NCBI GenBank assembly: GCA_000320545.1
Contig: ADNK01001985.1
Location: forward strand, 1 to 64,000
Source of the DNA: Bigelowiella natans CCMP2755
Taxonomy: Eukaryota > Protista > Cercozoa
DNA: 64,000 bases
Direction of reading: 5' to 3'
In this document: in pieces, positions 22,862-36,197 of the stretch
Layout of the letters: each line of letters opens with the position of its first letter
Position numbering within the stretch: position 1 is the first letter of the stretch
Translations under genes and position numbers: made by a program
The notes under the pieces: model-generated
Told to the model about the DNA's origin: nothing
Seen by the model: only the letters and a program-made list of their open reading frames with translations
Database searches by the model: none

Positions 22862-24493
22862 TCATGAAGGTCTCTCCACCTCCTCGGTAGCTGGCTGTTT
22901 CATCCCATATGCTGGGGCGATTACTTCGTGGCCATGATTCCTGAAAGGTTGTTCGACGACAAGCAAACTATTCAATTGAGTTTTAAGTACAACGAAAACG
23001 TTTTTGGTACTAGTTAATGTTACACGTGCACGGCGGCGCCGCGCGCACGTGTGTATGTGCGTGTTTTCCATCCTGTCCTGGAAAAATCACGGCTATTTTC
23101 TATCTAATGATGTGAAGATGCTGCTTATAATTATTGCACAATGATTGTGGTGCCTACCCGTGTTGACCGTCCCAAATCGCTGCTTTGGAGCTTTTGTTTT
23201 ATGTCAAGAACTTCTCGGCAGATGGCGTCCATTTCCTTCGGACTTTTCACATATTTAGCGCGTTCTGATATGCGTCTGGAAGATATAATAAGAAACTTTA
23301 TGTTGATGTGCGAGCAATCGATTGTATTTCTAAAAGAATCCTACTTGTATACGGGTAATTTCTAACAGTGGGACGAATGCTAATCTAATAATCTCCGTTT
23401 TTACAGAAATGCTTCCTACTTGAGTCGGTGCTTAAGGAGGAGCTCTTCCTTTCGTCTTTGTTTTATTCTTTGAATATGTTCAATCTTGTTGCTGTCCAAG
23501 ACATGCTTGACGGCAGCCTGATGTTATCAACGAGTGTTATGTATAAGTTGTTCTCAAAATGAAGAAAACGCATGAATAATTAAGCTAGGCACCACCCGAT
23601 ATTGAAGACGTTCCTGCAGCTCTCTCTGCCTTCCTGCTCCCTGTGTGAACGACAAGTTACAACGGCGATAAGATGAGGACAACGAAAACGAAGCCTGATT
23701 CTGCAAGTAATCACGCCAGGCAAGAGAAGTGTTTTTAAGTTCAAAGAGCTGTCTGTGAAACATCAGACAGTCTTCACTCTACCTCGGATAAAGCCCGTTT
23801 AATTCGTACATCGTTACTTCTTTGGAGGGCCTCCGCACGGTACTTTCGCCTCCTGTCATTTAATTATGATCGCACATCGTAACGACACCAGAAAAGCAAG
23901 AATTAGGGTTAGATCTTAATGACATAGTCAAAAGAACGTTGGGAGGAGGAAGTGGCAGAGGGGTAAACCATGCAACCACGCGAAAGAAAGATTATTCCGA
24001 CAATTTGGAACAAATCTCTGCTGGCAAATCAATGCAGCAGCAGAATGATGGAGGAGACCTCAGGGGTTGTACTTGAAGATGAAATCATATCTTTGGATCA
24101 TAGATTGTTCATCACTAGCATCATCGGTCGGTCTTTCTTCGACACATGTCATCATATCGATTTGTGGTGGGAAGACAGGAGGAAGGGGAGACTAACAAAG
24201 CACGGCTTCAACACGCCTGGCTGTCAATCATCAATTTCACATTTTATTTTGGGGAAAATGGCTGCCGAGCGCAAATGAACCTTCACTCACTAATCACCTG
24301 TTAAGGTATTCGAAACGGTCTTTCTTTATCTTTTCTAACCGCCTTTCCGCCTGTTGAATGTGCAGACAGATGATGCATTTTAGTTCAAACAGAAATGATG
24401 CTGGAGGCTGTACGCGCATTTATAGATGCCAAGAAATCTACCTCATTTTCCCTCTCTCGAAGCTGCATCTCCAAGCGTATTCGATCTCTGATT

Positions 24494-24528
<35 letters not shown>

Positions 24529-24638
24529 GTGTGTGTGCGTGTGTGTGTGTGTGAGTGTTGGTGTTGAGATAACGGTGATAGTTAGTTGATGTCCATGTTG
24601 CAATAGGTCACATCCCGTATGCAAACGATGATGCGTCC

Positions 24639-24675
<37 letters not shown>

Positions 24676-24763
24676 TACACAAGAACGAGAAAGAAAATAC
24701 CTCGAAAGCACAGTCATACTACTACTACTCAATGTTCTTACCGATTGATGCTTCAGCAACATT

Positions 24764-24794
<31 letters not shown>

Positions 24795-25980
24795 CCATCA
24801 TAATCATCATCATGAAACACTGCTATCTCAAATACTACCTTTGAATTTTATCCGCGACACCGTTTTTTAGTGCTTTTCGTTTAGTATCGTGGTCCAATTG
24901 CCACTTCCGGGTGATCTGGTATTACTTAATGAATGAATATTTGGTGGTAATCGTATTTTTGAGTCGTCCTTGATAGAACATATCTGATAGTGTTGGACTG
25001 ATGAAATTCTGATCATTTTTTTGCGTTTTTGTGAAAACAAGACGATGAGACAGACTGCTCAACTAGTAAGGTGAAACTGTGGAATCAAATATTTGTGTGC
25101 AATATAGACCAACTACCTTTTGACGTCGTTCTCGTTCATTTTTTTCTTTCTGAAAGAGTTTGTAGGAACACAATATTGAGTATGAGCCTTACTCGCACGG
25201 ATATAATGCATCGTGTTTGTGTGTGATTGCTCGGTATTACAGCCTGTTTGCTTCTTTCCACACTTCGGACGTAATATTGGTACCACTTGTAGTATCTAGG
25301 AAGAATGATTAAATCGCCACAACAAAGTCAAATAAGGGAAGAAATTGTGGAGATGATTGACAGACGAAGAAATACAGTGTTCCAGGTAGTCTTAACTGGT
25401 CATGTTGTGATTTGTCCTGCTGCTGCAGCTCATCAACCTTCCCTAAAATAGTTGAAGATAATTGTTACATATATTTTTTCCCTCACTTTGGCGTTATCGG
25501 ATAAGCGGTTACTACTTTTCTTGTCGAGATGAATCTCTCTGTGTTTCTTGGACATCTTCCTTCGATGCTGCTTGTATTTCTGTTTTTAATAGCATCAATT
25601 CAATATAATAATGGGGCAATGAGGAGGCTGTTTATCGACTTTATTATACGATTCCTCTTGATCTGCTTACTTACCACTCTTTTTCTCTCCAAGTATTCGA
25701 CGATATCTTGGTCCTGCTTAGCTCGCTTCTTGAACCTATCCTGCATGTGGCTAACCTGCAAAATCAAGGAGAAGACGACTCACTATCTTGCAAACACATA
25801 TAGCGGCTCCACGATTGAGCTTACATGTTGGAAAACGGAATCGGCGAGTATTTCCAGCTCCCCAGCTTTCTTCTTCATGCTTTCTGGCTTGGAGAGGTGG
25901 GGGGTTCGAAGAAGCAGGAGTTCGGCTTGTCCGTTTCCAGCAAGCCTGTCTAATTTGAGACAAACATATGGGATTTTCCA
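22862..25980 (-). CDS. Multi-exon hypothetical basic/coiled-coil protein
   Basis: Short GT-AG-flanked exons translate to charged helical segments (VSHMQDRFKKRAKQDQDIVEYLERKRV, RDRIRLEMQLRERENE, AERRLEKIKKDRFEYLNR, SPKEMDAICREVLDIKQKLQSDL). The full phase chain was not resolved and both ends are uncertain. Confidence 0.5.
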
Positions 25981-26039
25981 CCTACGACAAGGAATATTGC
26001 AGCAGGTTTAAGTCCAACAGCAAATTCATCTCCATGTCG

Positions 26040-26765
26040 AATGTCGCAGGTCGATTGTAGCAGCCATTCTCAGCATCCTTGTCGCCAGGTCTAGAGGTTG
26101 CAGGGTCTGGGAACGAACTGACATCGGAAGAACGCGTGGTGACCACGGGAATCGGACACGTCATCACAGTGACAGTCAGACAGGGACTCAGGTTTTGAGG
26201 GCGGCATGCCAGCATGGTTCTCTCTGGCTCCACGCACCATGGGGCAGCCATTGACTCTCACAAGACCAGAAGAGGAAGTTGGCAAGGCCTGTAAAGGCAG
26301 ATTGGTGGTCACGGGAATCCGTCCTAAGGCGAAGGTGGAGGGACGACTTTGCCTTGTCGATGAGGCCAGCCACCTCACTGTCACACTTGCCACGAATGAA
26401 TGAACGGAGTGAAATGAATGAAGCAGTTTTTGCATCCTGGAGGTTGTTGACTTGCACCAGTTTCCCACGAAGCAATTGCCTACGAAGGCACTGTGCAACC
26501 CACAACTCACCATCATCCTGGCTAGCTGGCATCGTCCTCAAAGAACTATGCTGCCGAGGACAGTCCCTGCCAGCCTAGCTGACCTGCTAGCATGCGTTCT
26601 TGTGCTTCAGTTAGCAAGGGTTGTTGACGGACGCTCATGCTGTGCAGCGCAATCTGGACCACGCTAGCACGTGTGTGTGCGCGCGCGCACACACTGGATT
26701 GATCGGATCTCGAACTCTGGACGTCTGCGACTGAATCTATCTGTGCATTTCGACACTTGTCTCGG
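26040..26765. other. TpA-depleted tract
   Basis: About 12 TA in about 720 bp, all but one in CTA or TAG context. ORFs are open in several frames and Tyr-free. Confidence 0.85.
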
Positions 26766-26773
26766 GTGCATGT

Positions 26774-26838
26774 ACTATAGACACAGTATATATTATATAT
26801 ATTATGACTATAGACACAGTATATATTATATATATTAT
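26774..26838. repeat. 33-bp tandem duplication, TA-rich
   Basis: actatagacacagtatatattatatatattat occurs at 26774 and 26807. Confidence 0.85.
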
Positions 26839-27211
26839 ATATATCATACATACGTATGTCTATTGTATGTGCACTTGGTTGGTTCACACCCAACACATGT
26901 GGGTTGGTCACACGTGCTAGCTAGCTAGCCTAGCGCAGACTTTTTGGCTTGTCCATGCATGTTTGTTTATGTGCGCTCAGGGACTTGCTCAAGTGCTATC
27001 GTACCACACGGCCCGCCATGTTGCTGCAACAATGTAGCGCAGAGTCAGCTGCATCAATGTGCCATGCCGCCGTGATTTACATATTACAGCTTCCTTGAAC
27101 AAAAAAAAGTTGTGTAAAATATACATATAACATGTAAAAAGTAGTCCTAATAATAGTACAGACTGATGATATCAGAAACCAGTTCACTCAATTTTTGACC
27201 ATCGATGGCTT

Positions 27212-27360
27212 TCAAGGAGCTGACAGGCGACGACTACTATTCCTTGAAGTGTGTCTTTTCACTGCATAGAACAGTTTCTTTGCCACGGATCCTTGAATGT
27301 CTTGATCTATTATCCATTTTTGCAACTCTTTTTCGTTAATCTGATGTGAGAAACAGATAA

Positions 27361-27410
<50 letters not shown>

Positions 27411-27965
27411 CTAAAGCAATTAATAATTTCAGTACTCACCCCTGTGTCCTTGTTTGAATCTAAACTCTTCATGAAGTCTTTGCAGTCTTCGACGAAAAAG
27501 ACTAGGGTAGAGTCTCTTGCTATGGCGGACATCATATTCCCTATTTCTTTCGTATCCAACTCTCCGGATCCATCCAAGTCAAGCCAATCAACTAATTTAG
27601 CTGCAACGTAACATTTGTTTCGATAACATTCGTTGTGATAATTCTTGAGAATGCTGAGAAGACTAATCAGATCTTTTTCGCCCAGTTTTAGCTTCTTGAA
27701 GTGATCGTAAAGTTCTTTACTACATATCTACACATAGTACCAAAAATGAATATAATTTGGCGAATAAATTAGGAATAGTCTTCGAATTGGAAGTACCTTA
27801 CCTGACAAACACAAATAACATAAACACTGTGTTAAAAACTAGACTTAATCAAGGCGATCTATGGCTACGATAAATACCATCGTTGTTGTCGTCCACATCC
27901 ACAAATTTCGAGAAGAAATTCGTGCTAAATTTCGCTTTGACTTCAGCCGTTTGTAAAGAAGTCAT
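27212..27965 (-). CDS. Small EF-hand calcium-binding protein (three EF-like loops) with a 5-nt micro-exon
   Basis: MTSLQTAEVK...VDDNND|GK|ICSKEL...LDLDGSGELDTKE...LDSNKDTG|INEKEL...SAP*. Exons: 27965-27878, 27801-27797, 27727-~27439 (possible in-frame 63-nt intron inside), ~27340-27212. Confidence 0.85.
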
Positions 27966-28169
27966 AAGGTCACAATATTCCTGTTGAGGTTAAATGATCA
28001 ACAAAATGGCGGATTCGATTGGTATCCAAAATACCTCGTAGTCAAGAGTTTCGTTTTCGTCAGAGTCGCACAAGCTCACAACCTTATGACAATGACATGT
28101 GGAGATAGACTGTTTGCACTAGCTATGGAGGAGAGAGTTTGCATAGATAAACTCGCGCATACATAGAGA

Positions 28170-28213
<44 letters not shown>

Positions 28214-28466
28214 GGAGGGGGGGGAATTTAAAGGAATACCTCATCGACGAAGTTCGACAGTGCTTTACTGTATTTGCTCCCCATCTGAATGGCTAACTCT
28301 GTTAATGAGGTGAAATCGGATCGCTCTTCCCTTTCCGTACGTTTTATTTAGATCCACAGCTCGTACCTCCCCAGATCTGAACTACAAATATCTGTAGATC
28401 TCTAACAAAAACTACGTTTCCTTTGGCGTTACATGTACTGGGATCGAGAGAGTGAGGAAATTATCA

Positions 28467-28583
28467 GGAGATTATCATGGTATTGTGGAGAGATTGTTGA
28501 GAGATTGTTTGGAGATTGTGGAGAGATTGTTTGGAGATCGTGGAGAGATTGTTTGGAGATTGTTGGGAGATTGTTGGGAGATA
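28467..28583. repeat. Degenerate 11-bp minisatellite (GAGATTGTNNN)n
   Basis: About 10 consecutive units such as gagattgttga, gagattgtttg, gagattgtgga, gagatcgtgga, gagattgttgg. Confidence 0.9.
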
Positions 28584-28620
28584 ATAAATCATCCAGCACC
28601 TTCACGTCGACGGAGGAAGA

Positions 28621-30264
28621 ATGGTGGTACCCTTCTTTAGGACCACTGGTCTTTTCTTGCTAATTCTGCGCCTTCTTGCTGTGGCCGGCGATGATGGTGT
28701 GAAAGTAAGTGGGAACGTAGGCTGTAGAAATGTAGAAAGCCTAACCTTTTTTTGTTATTCTTTACACGAGCTCGCTACTAAAATGTGAAATTTGATACAC
28801 CAAGAAGCAACATCGTCCATTGGTTTGCGTCACGGGGGCTTCGGGCTATGTAGCGAGCGTTCTTGTAGAAACACTGAAAAAACATGGGTAAGTGCTGAGC
28901 CTTCTATCGGGCGGTGCATTGACTCTTTGGTAGAAGTCACTCAGGAAAAATCAATTCAGGTATCGTGTCAGAGGGACAGTAAGGAACGTCACGAAGTATG
29001 CCAACGAGCCCTTATTCGAAGGGGTACAGCTTTATGCGGCGGATCTGTTGGAAGGTGATGATAGCCTACGATTTACGAAAACAGAATTACCGAATTATCT
29101 TACCCACCAGACGATTCCTTTTGCACGGCGTTCGAAGGCTGCGACGCAGTATTTCACTGTGCGTCTCCATTTGCGACAAAGGTGGGGTAGGCACCATGCG
29201 GTTGATGGGAATGCATGAGTTGAGTTAAGCTTTGCAGGTCAAAAATCCTCAGAGCGAATTGATCGAACCCGCGGTGAATGGAACTTTAAATGTTATGCGG
29301 TGTGCTTTGAAGTCCGGCGTCCCTCGAATGGTAGAGTAGTAAGCAGTAGTAATAGTAGTAGTAGTAGTCGAAAGCAGCTAATATCTTGTAGATTGCCATA
29401 ACTTACTCAATTAGCATGCGTGTCAATGAACCTAGGTTGTGACATCCTCCACTGCAGCTATTGGACCGCCGCAAAATGATGCGGATAAGCTTCCTGCAGA
29501 TAAAGCTTTCACAGAAGATGATTGGAATCGAGACTCCACCGTCGAAAATGGGCCGTACGTTCTCTCTAAAATTAACTTCTTGAAGAAGCATATTAAAATG
29601 CTTCCTTGGTTCGATGTCTGGTTATAATGGCAATGGCGATCATCACCGTAAAATCAGCAAACATAACCCAAAGGTACCGATTGAGCAAAAGGCTAGCCGA
29701 GGAAGCTGCTTGGGAGTTTACCAAGAAAAATCCAATGGTTATCTCCTGCCCTATCATCCTTTATAATATATTGTATTTATTACAACAACACACGTATATA
29801 ATAACTCTCAGATTTGTTTGAGTGTCATCAATCCCTCATTTGTCATTGGCCCACCGGTGTTGAAGAGAGCTACTGGTGTAAGCGTCGGAACGTTTGTTTC
29901 CATGCTGGTTTGTACACCATACGAATACAGACGTGACGAACAAACCAATAGATTTAAGAGTTCATCGTCGGTGATCAAAGTCAAGGATTTTGTTGATTGC
30001 TGTTGACAGAAAGGCGAACTAAAGAAAAAGGGAGTGCGCAGCAGCTGCTTCGGTGCAGTCGACGTCCGTAAGTGCATCTACCGTTACAGCTTATTGCCAA
30101 ACATTCGTGCTATATATCATTTTTGCTATTTGTATGAATTCATCAGGTGACGTAGCTGAGGCGCATATTCGAGCATTCGAAAGCAAAGAGGCAATTGGAA
30201 AGCGCTTTCTGGTCAGCAGTGAGCAAAGTTATTCGCAGCTCGACTTTGCCGATATACTTCGAGG

Positions 30265-30297
<33 letters not shown>

Positions 30298-30631
30298 GAC
30301 AACTACTTACTACTGCACTTCAGATTTTACTTTTATCATGATTATAATGAGTGAGTGTAATAATATGTAACAGGTCGCGCAGAGTTCCAACGATTTGATC
30401 TTCCAGGGCATCTTAGTAGTCCGATTCGATACCGTCCAAGATACAGTCATGCACGTGCAGAGAACTTGCTGGGGCTCAAATTTAGGTTGTGGGATCCACC
30501 GCGTTCCCTTATTGTCTTTTTCGTTGAATTTAACATGGATCTGCCAAATGCTAAACAGGAAAATTGAGGAATCTGTTGTGGACATGGCAAACAAGCTAAT
30601 ATCTAGCGGCATGGTAGATTGTCCGCAATAG
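28621..30631 (+). CDS. Extended SDR (NAD-dependent epimerase/dehydratase family; cinnamoyl-CoA reductase/DFR/aldehyde reductase-like)
   Basis: VCVTGASGYVAS, YRVRGTVR, GCDAVFHCASP, LIEPAVNGTLNV, VVTSSTAA, YRLSK (YxxxK), INPSFVIGP, VDVRDVAEAH. Putative first exon MVVPFFRTTGLFLLILRLLAVAG. Confidence 0.93.
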
Positions 30632-30699
30632 CAGAGATGGTGTTTTTAAGGAAGAATGCAATAAAGTCCTACACATATGTGTCACTAGTAACAATGCGT

Positions 30700-31380
30700 A
30701 TGATACGATGTACATACGCAACAGCGCGCATCTATGTAATGATGTGTGCGTGTGTGCGAACTGTACAATCGCATCTATGAGACGGATGTAATGAATTAAT
30801 TAAATCTTTTCAATGGTCATCCTGTGTGCTACGACAAACGTGTGCGCACAGATGCACATGCAGCGGGCACTACGGCGGCTCTGCAACAAGCACTGCCTTG
30901 ATTAATTGTCACTTTTGAGCATCTGCACAGCAGTGCATGTGCGTGTGTATAATAGGTGTGTGCCTAGCTAGACACGATTAGACGAACGGCGCGGTCAGTT
31001 GTTGCATGCGCATGCATACATGAAAACACAGCTGCGCACATCGCAAACATCTAAACATGTACGCTATACGCTGCACTAGAACGTGCAATGACAACAAGAT
31101 AGCACAGTAGGTCGATCATCTGCTAGATAGTCATGCAAATGCATAGCAGCAACGTCTAGACGTACTTGCTAATCAACAATCGTATATACCAATAACTATT
31201 TGTCACCTGCGTGCAGACTTGCATGCTAGATCGCATCGAAGCATTCTAACGGACAGTTACCAGCGCTTGCATGCGATTAGCAGGAACTACAGCATGGCGT
31301 GTGGTGGACGATTGACGTAACATGTCCAGATGCCTGATGTGTAGCACAGGCAGGCTAGCATGCAGGGCATGTAAACGGTA
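30700..31380. other. YR-scrambled intergenic tract containing the ATGAGACGGATGTAATG motif (30777-30823)
   Basis: Dense TGCA/CATG/CACA/CTAG words between two convergent stop codons; the motif matches 22249 almost exactly. Confidence 0.7.
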
Positions 31381-31540
31381 GAATTACTGTTTCAACGACT
31401 TGTTCGAAATACATTTATCTTATAATTCTAATCACGGTATATCATCGGCTGTAACTGGCATTCTGTGCTCGAAATGGTATCTCTTGCCGTAGGTTACATC
31501 CCACGGTTGCAAGCTGTAAATGTGTGTATGTTCCCTTGGT

Positions 31541-32205
31541 CTAAAGCCGCGTAAACGACAAAGTTTTGGTGACGGAATTCATGTATTTTACTTCCGGTTT
31601 GAACCCTAAAAAAACAATGTTTGTAAGAAAAGGTTCCAACTATTCGAAATTCGTTTGCAAATACCTTCCTCACTCAGCATTTGACCAAAGTTTTCTTTGA
31701 TGTACGATGGATACCACGGTTCGTTCAATCTGAAAAAATATTTATTTCACGGTTGAGTGAATCCTGCCAAGCACCTTCACACACACGCACGCGCGAAGCT
31801 CGCGCGTTAATTCATCAATGGTGCTACTTCTCAAAGTTTCCGAGACTTTCGTCCAGAGCTAGTCTATCCCTGATGATAGTGGTGAGAGTGGTGGGGGGGG
31901 AAGAGAGAAGAGGAAAATGAGGAGGAGGGGGAGGAGGAGAAGTATGAAATAATGTTGGGAGACAGTCTTATTTGTGAGCAACAAGCAAGATCGGGGACGA
32001 AGTGCAAATAAAGGGATGCATTGTTCATTAGCAGTCACTAATACTACTTTACTCGTATAACTACTACTACTACTACTACTACTACTAGCAATAGAGCTTT
32101 TACGGTATTATCTCGTTACCCCAGCTGAACCGAGTCTGTAAGAATAAAAGTCCCCCCTGGCTTCAGTACACGTGCGACCTCTTTCACCACCTACAAAGAT
32201 CACCA

Positions 32206-32238
<33 letters not shown>

Positions 32239-32850
32239 ATTATTATTATTATTATTACGCGAATGATATTGTTACATGCTCACCATGTCAGTCAGGCAAT
32301 CGGACAACAATTCAGCCACATATCATGAAATCATGGCTATGTGCCCTCGAGGGAGGGAGGGAGGGAGGGAGGGAGGGAGGGAGGAGGGGGACGGACAGGC
32401 AGCATTGGCGTGCAAACGGTGACTACTCATCATCCGATTGATTACGTACTTTTCGACGAGCTTCAGGCGGAAGTTCGTGGAAAAGATACACGGATATCAC
32501 ACAATCCTGAGACGCATCTTCTACTCCAAGTGCCTGCTCACATAAAACCACATACGGTGTGTGACCACATCATATAAAATCATCACCATCACCATCACTG
32601 TCACCACCATTCTACCCTTCTGAACATATCATTTCCCAACTCATCATCGTTACAGAATCGACTTTGCTAGGTACCATTACCTCTGCTGCACTCTGGATGA
32701 AACGGGTGGGGCTATTATTCGTCGTTGTCTGCTTACTCAAAGAAGCCCAATACTTCATGTTTTCACGAGCTTTCTCCAAGTAGAACGGGGAGAGATCGGA
32801 CACTGTAAGATCCACCTTCAAGAGAGACCATGGTGCCGATAAATAAGTAA

Positions 32851-32888
<38 letters not shown>

Positions 32889-33089
32889 TGATAATGGCTG
32901 ATCATTTCTTCGCAAAATGCTACTCACGGAACATCCTACGAAACGCGCGTATCAACAACATTTCATGGTGTCTTCTGCCCTAATGCAACTACGATGTGTC
33001 TGATGACAATGGAGGGAACACACGCACGTTGGGAAATGAGTCTTTCAGGAACGTTGCAAATCGACCGGTACCAGCTATCAAATGTGGTC

Positions 33090-33124
<35 letters not shown>

Positions 33125-36100
33125 GAGTACAAAAGCAACGTTAACACACTGTCTATTCATGTGACTTTTGGAACATTTTGGCGTTGACAATCCAAATAAG
33201 AGCTGCAGTCGAAGCAGCATTATCTACATCATGTTACCTGCAATCTCTAATACTTTCGGAGGAAGAGTTGTGCTTTCTGTTTGTTTGTCCATAAATTCAG
33301 CGAATGGGACCAGCGTGGTTCTTTGCATTGAATCCTTGAAAATTATACTAACATGAGGTATTGCTAGATGATGATGATGATGATGATAATGGCGATGATT
33401 CCACAACACATACACACACACACACAAACACTCACGTAAAACTCAGGTGTCATAATTTCATTTTGGTTGAGCTACCTGCTTTCCAGAGAAGATTATTTCA
33501 GTCATGTGTTCGTATATCTCCGCAGAGTTCGAAGACATCCATCCATCGGTCTGGTAAAATAAACTCATCCTTACATTTCTTTTATTCATCATCTCTGAGA
33601 AGAGCGAGGTTTATTGTTTATACACGTACAATGAAAACTGTCGGGGGGTGGGGGGGGGGAGATTCGCGATGATGAAGTTTTTAACTAACTGCTGCAAGAT
33701 CTGTTTCCATTTGATTTGGCAATAATGTGTGTTTGCCATGACGATAATGATGATCATGATGATGAGTGTGGGTGGCAGTAAATTTTTCATCCCTTCTGAA
33801 ATACCTGAAAATGGAACGTCTTTCGGTAGTAGTCGGGATATAGCTGCTTGTCATCAGTGATCCACACATCCGTATCAGCGGTTCCCTCATCAGATAACCT
33901 CTTTTTCTAATTGGGATGGGAGAGAGAGAAGGGGAGGGGGGGGGGAGTGTCAGGAACACACACACACACACACACACATACAATATGTGTTTGTGTGTGT
34001 GTGTGTGTGATACAGTGTAGTACTACCGTTGTTGATTCGACAATCTGTTTATGGTGGTGCAAATAGCACGCACACTCTCTAAGACATTCATCATAATCAC
34101 TAGTGGTAGCAGTAGTGGTAGCAGTAGTTAGTAGCAGTAGTAAGTAGTAGTGGACGTAGTGCTAGTAGTATTACGAGAATGTTCGACATCTCTGCCATTG
34201 CCTTTTGTGTCAATGAACCCAGGAACCTGTGTATGTGTGTGTGTGTTCGTGTATGAGTAAGAGCTGCTAGACGTAGGCGATAGAAGAAAAAGAAGAACAA
34301 AATATGGGGACTAAAGAACGTAGACAGTACAGTAACGAGAGCGGTAGAAAGAGGCACCATGGCATGACCGAACTGCTTTTCATGATGGCTAATATTAATT
34401 CAAACCGTGGATTGAACTGGCGATGTCTCGGGTTCATATCATAGGGCATCTTGAACTTTCCTTCGTGGATCTGCATCATCATGTAAGTTATTGAGGTGTC
34501 CACTCTCTTTGGAGAATGATACAACGAAAGAGAGAACTACCCATTTCAGATTCCATAGCTGTGTGTTGATAACATCGCGTTGAACGTTTCCCAGTAACCT
34601 GCCAAGAGAGAAGTAGCAGCATTTAATCACCAAGGAGAGGAAGTGAAGATGATACGATAACAAGCTACCGTAAGAAGACAACCCTAACCATTTATACTTC
34701 CCCTGTGTGTTTGATTATTGCGGTTATTTTCACGACGTAGTAGTACCCTCCGTTTGCATCCGAAGTGCTTTTCAAAAGATCGCTCGTGAAGTCCGAGGGC
34801 GCAGAGCCCTGCGTTTGGGAATACAAGGCTCCGAGTACGGCTGTTCCGACAAAGAAGCCTGTTCGCCCCAGAGAATACGCCCAATATGCTGCATCCTGGG
34901 GGGTCTTGATACTTTCGCGAATCTGTTGGGATGGATCATCATGATTTTAAGAAAACAAGATCTTATGATGTAAACTACTCAGAAGAGATCCAGGTTAGAG
35001 TTTATAGCTAAAGCTGGACTTCTCGCAAAATCCAGGTTCGCTTGCAACCTTAGAGAAGAGCTCTTCGGTCGTATCGCTGGTTTTAGGATCAAAAGGCTGC
35101 CAAAAACTAGCTGACTCATCAAATTGAAACCATTCTTTGTCCACCACGCCCGGCCGTTCCTTTACGATAATATTAGGTTCATATGAAGATGTTGTTGTTG
35201 TTGAGGAGGGGGGTGAGGGTGGGTATCCTAGACGCAAGTGCCGGATAATTGCATGTTTTCCAGCCTAGATCACTAAAATGCTAAATGTTACATTCTCTGG
35301 CATGAGGTTCGCTTGAATTCCAGCAGAAAGAGGATGCTTTGTCCCTTGCATCACGGTACCAGCAATGCTTGATGGTTGACCCCCCGCCACGCCATCAACC
35401 ACGCTTGATCTTGGAATATGACTATATTTGAGATTCTGTGGATTTCCCTCGCAAATGGTCCGAACAGAGGGATTATTCAAGGGCAGCAGCCTCTTTCTCG
35501 TTCGAAAGACGACAGAAGAAGGAGCAGATTTGCGAAGAGTTTGCAAATCCCTACCCAGGCAAGGACTCCTTCCACAGGATGACGATGTCTGTTTACGAAT
35601 AAAAATATACTTCAGGCTTACAAATGTGAGTAAGTTACCAAGAAATCGCAACAACGCTTGGATTAGTGCTGCTACCCTGAAAATTGTTGGGATCATCATA
35701 AATGCCCCGAAGGTTACTACTAGCACTGCAGCCATGCTGATTTGAACCATACGATTCATGTTGATAGTCCTGAATCGATTTTCCTGAGGATGCGAATTTG
35801 AATGATACTTCTACAGGAAAAGAAATAATTTCACCGCTGTGGATGTCACTGGTACGATTCGTATGATTTCGGAGACGCAATTACCTTTTTCCTCGTTCTG
35901 CAACGAGTCCGCGTTGTTCTTGTCTTCTTCAGGGATAACACCCCTCCCTGTTCGTATCGACGGAAGAGGTTCGACGACGGTGCTCGGCTCTCGATCCTTT
36001 CGGGTAGATGATCTAGCTGTCTTTTGTGCAGGAAACAATGCCTATTCTTCCCTGCGACACGAAATTAGAAAGAAGCGGATCCAAAAATATCCTTCACAAT

Positions 36101-36197
36101 TCAGTGGTCTGTAATTGACGGTGATAAGAGGAAAAGATGGAGGCCAATTCTTCCTTGCGTCTTGTGCGTCGAGCGGGGATTTGTGGTCCGACGGCAT
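31541..36197 (-). CDS. Class I SAM-dependent methyltransferase, cyanobacterial/algal type, probably plastid-targeted
   Basis: Exons give IHEGKFKMPYDMNPRHRQFNP, TDGWMSSNSAEIYEHMTEIIFSG, KVLEIAG..TGRFATFLKD, DLSPFYLEKAR, HELPPEARRKV, LKPGGLLFLTDSVQLG, NEPWYPSY, SVTKTLSFTRL*. A hydrophobic segment plus Ser/Arg-rich leader lies at 35759-35300. The start is either 35759 or 36197. Confidence 0.8.

Noticed and set aside
28467-28583. CRISPR-like array
   Set aside because: Contiguous 11-bp units without spacers, in a eukaryotic context.
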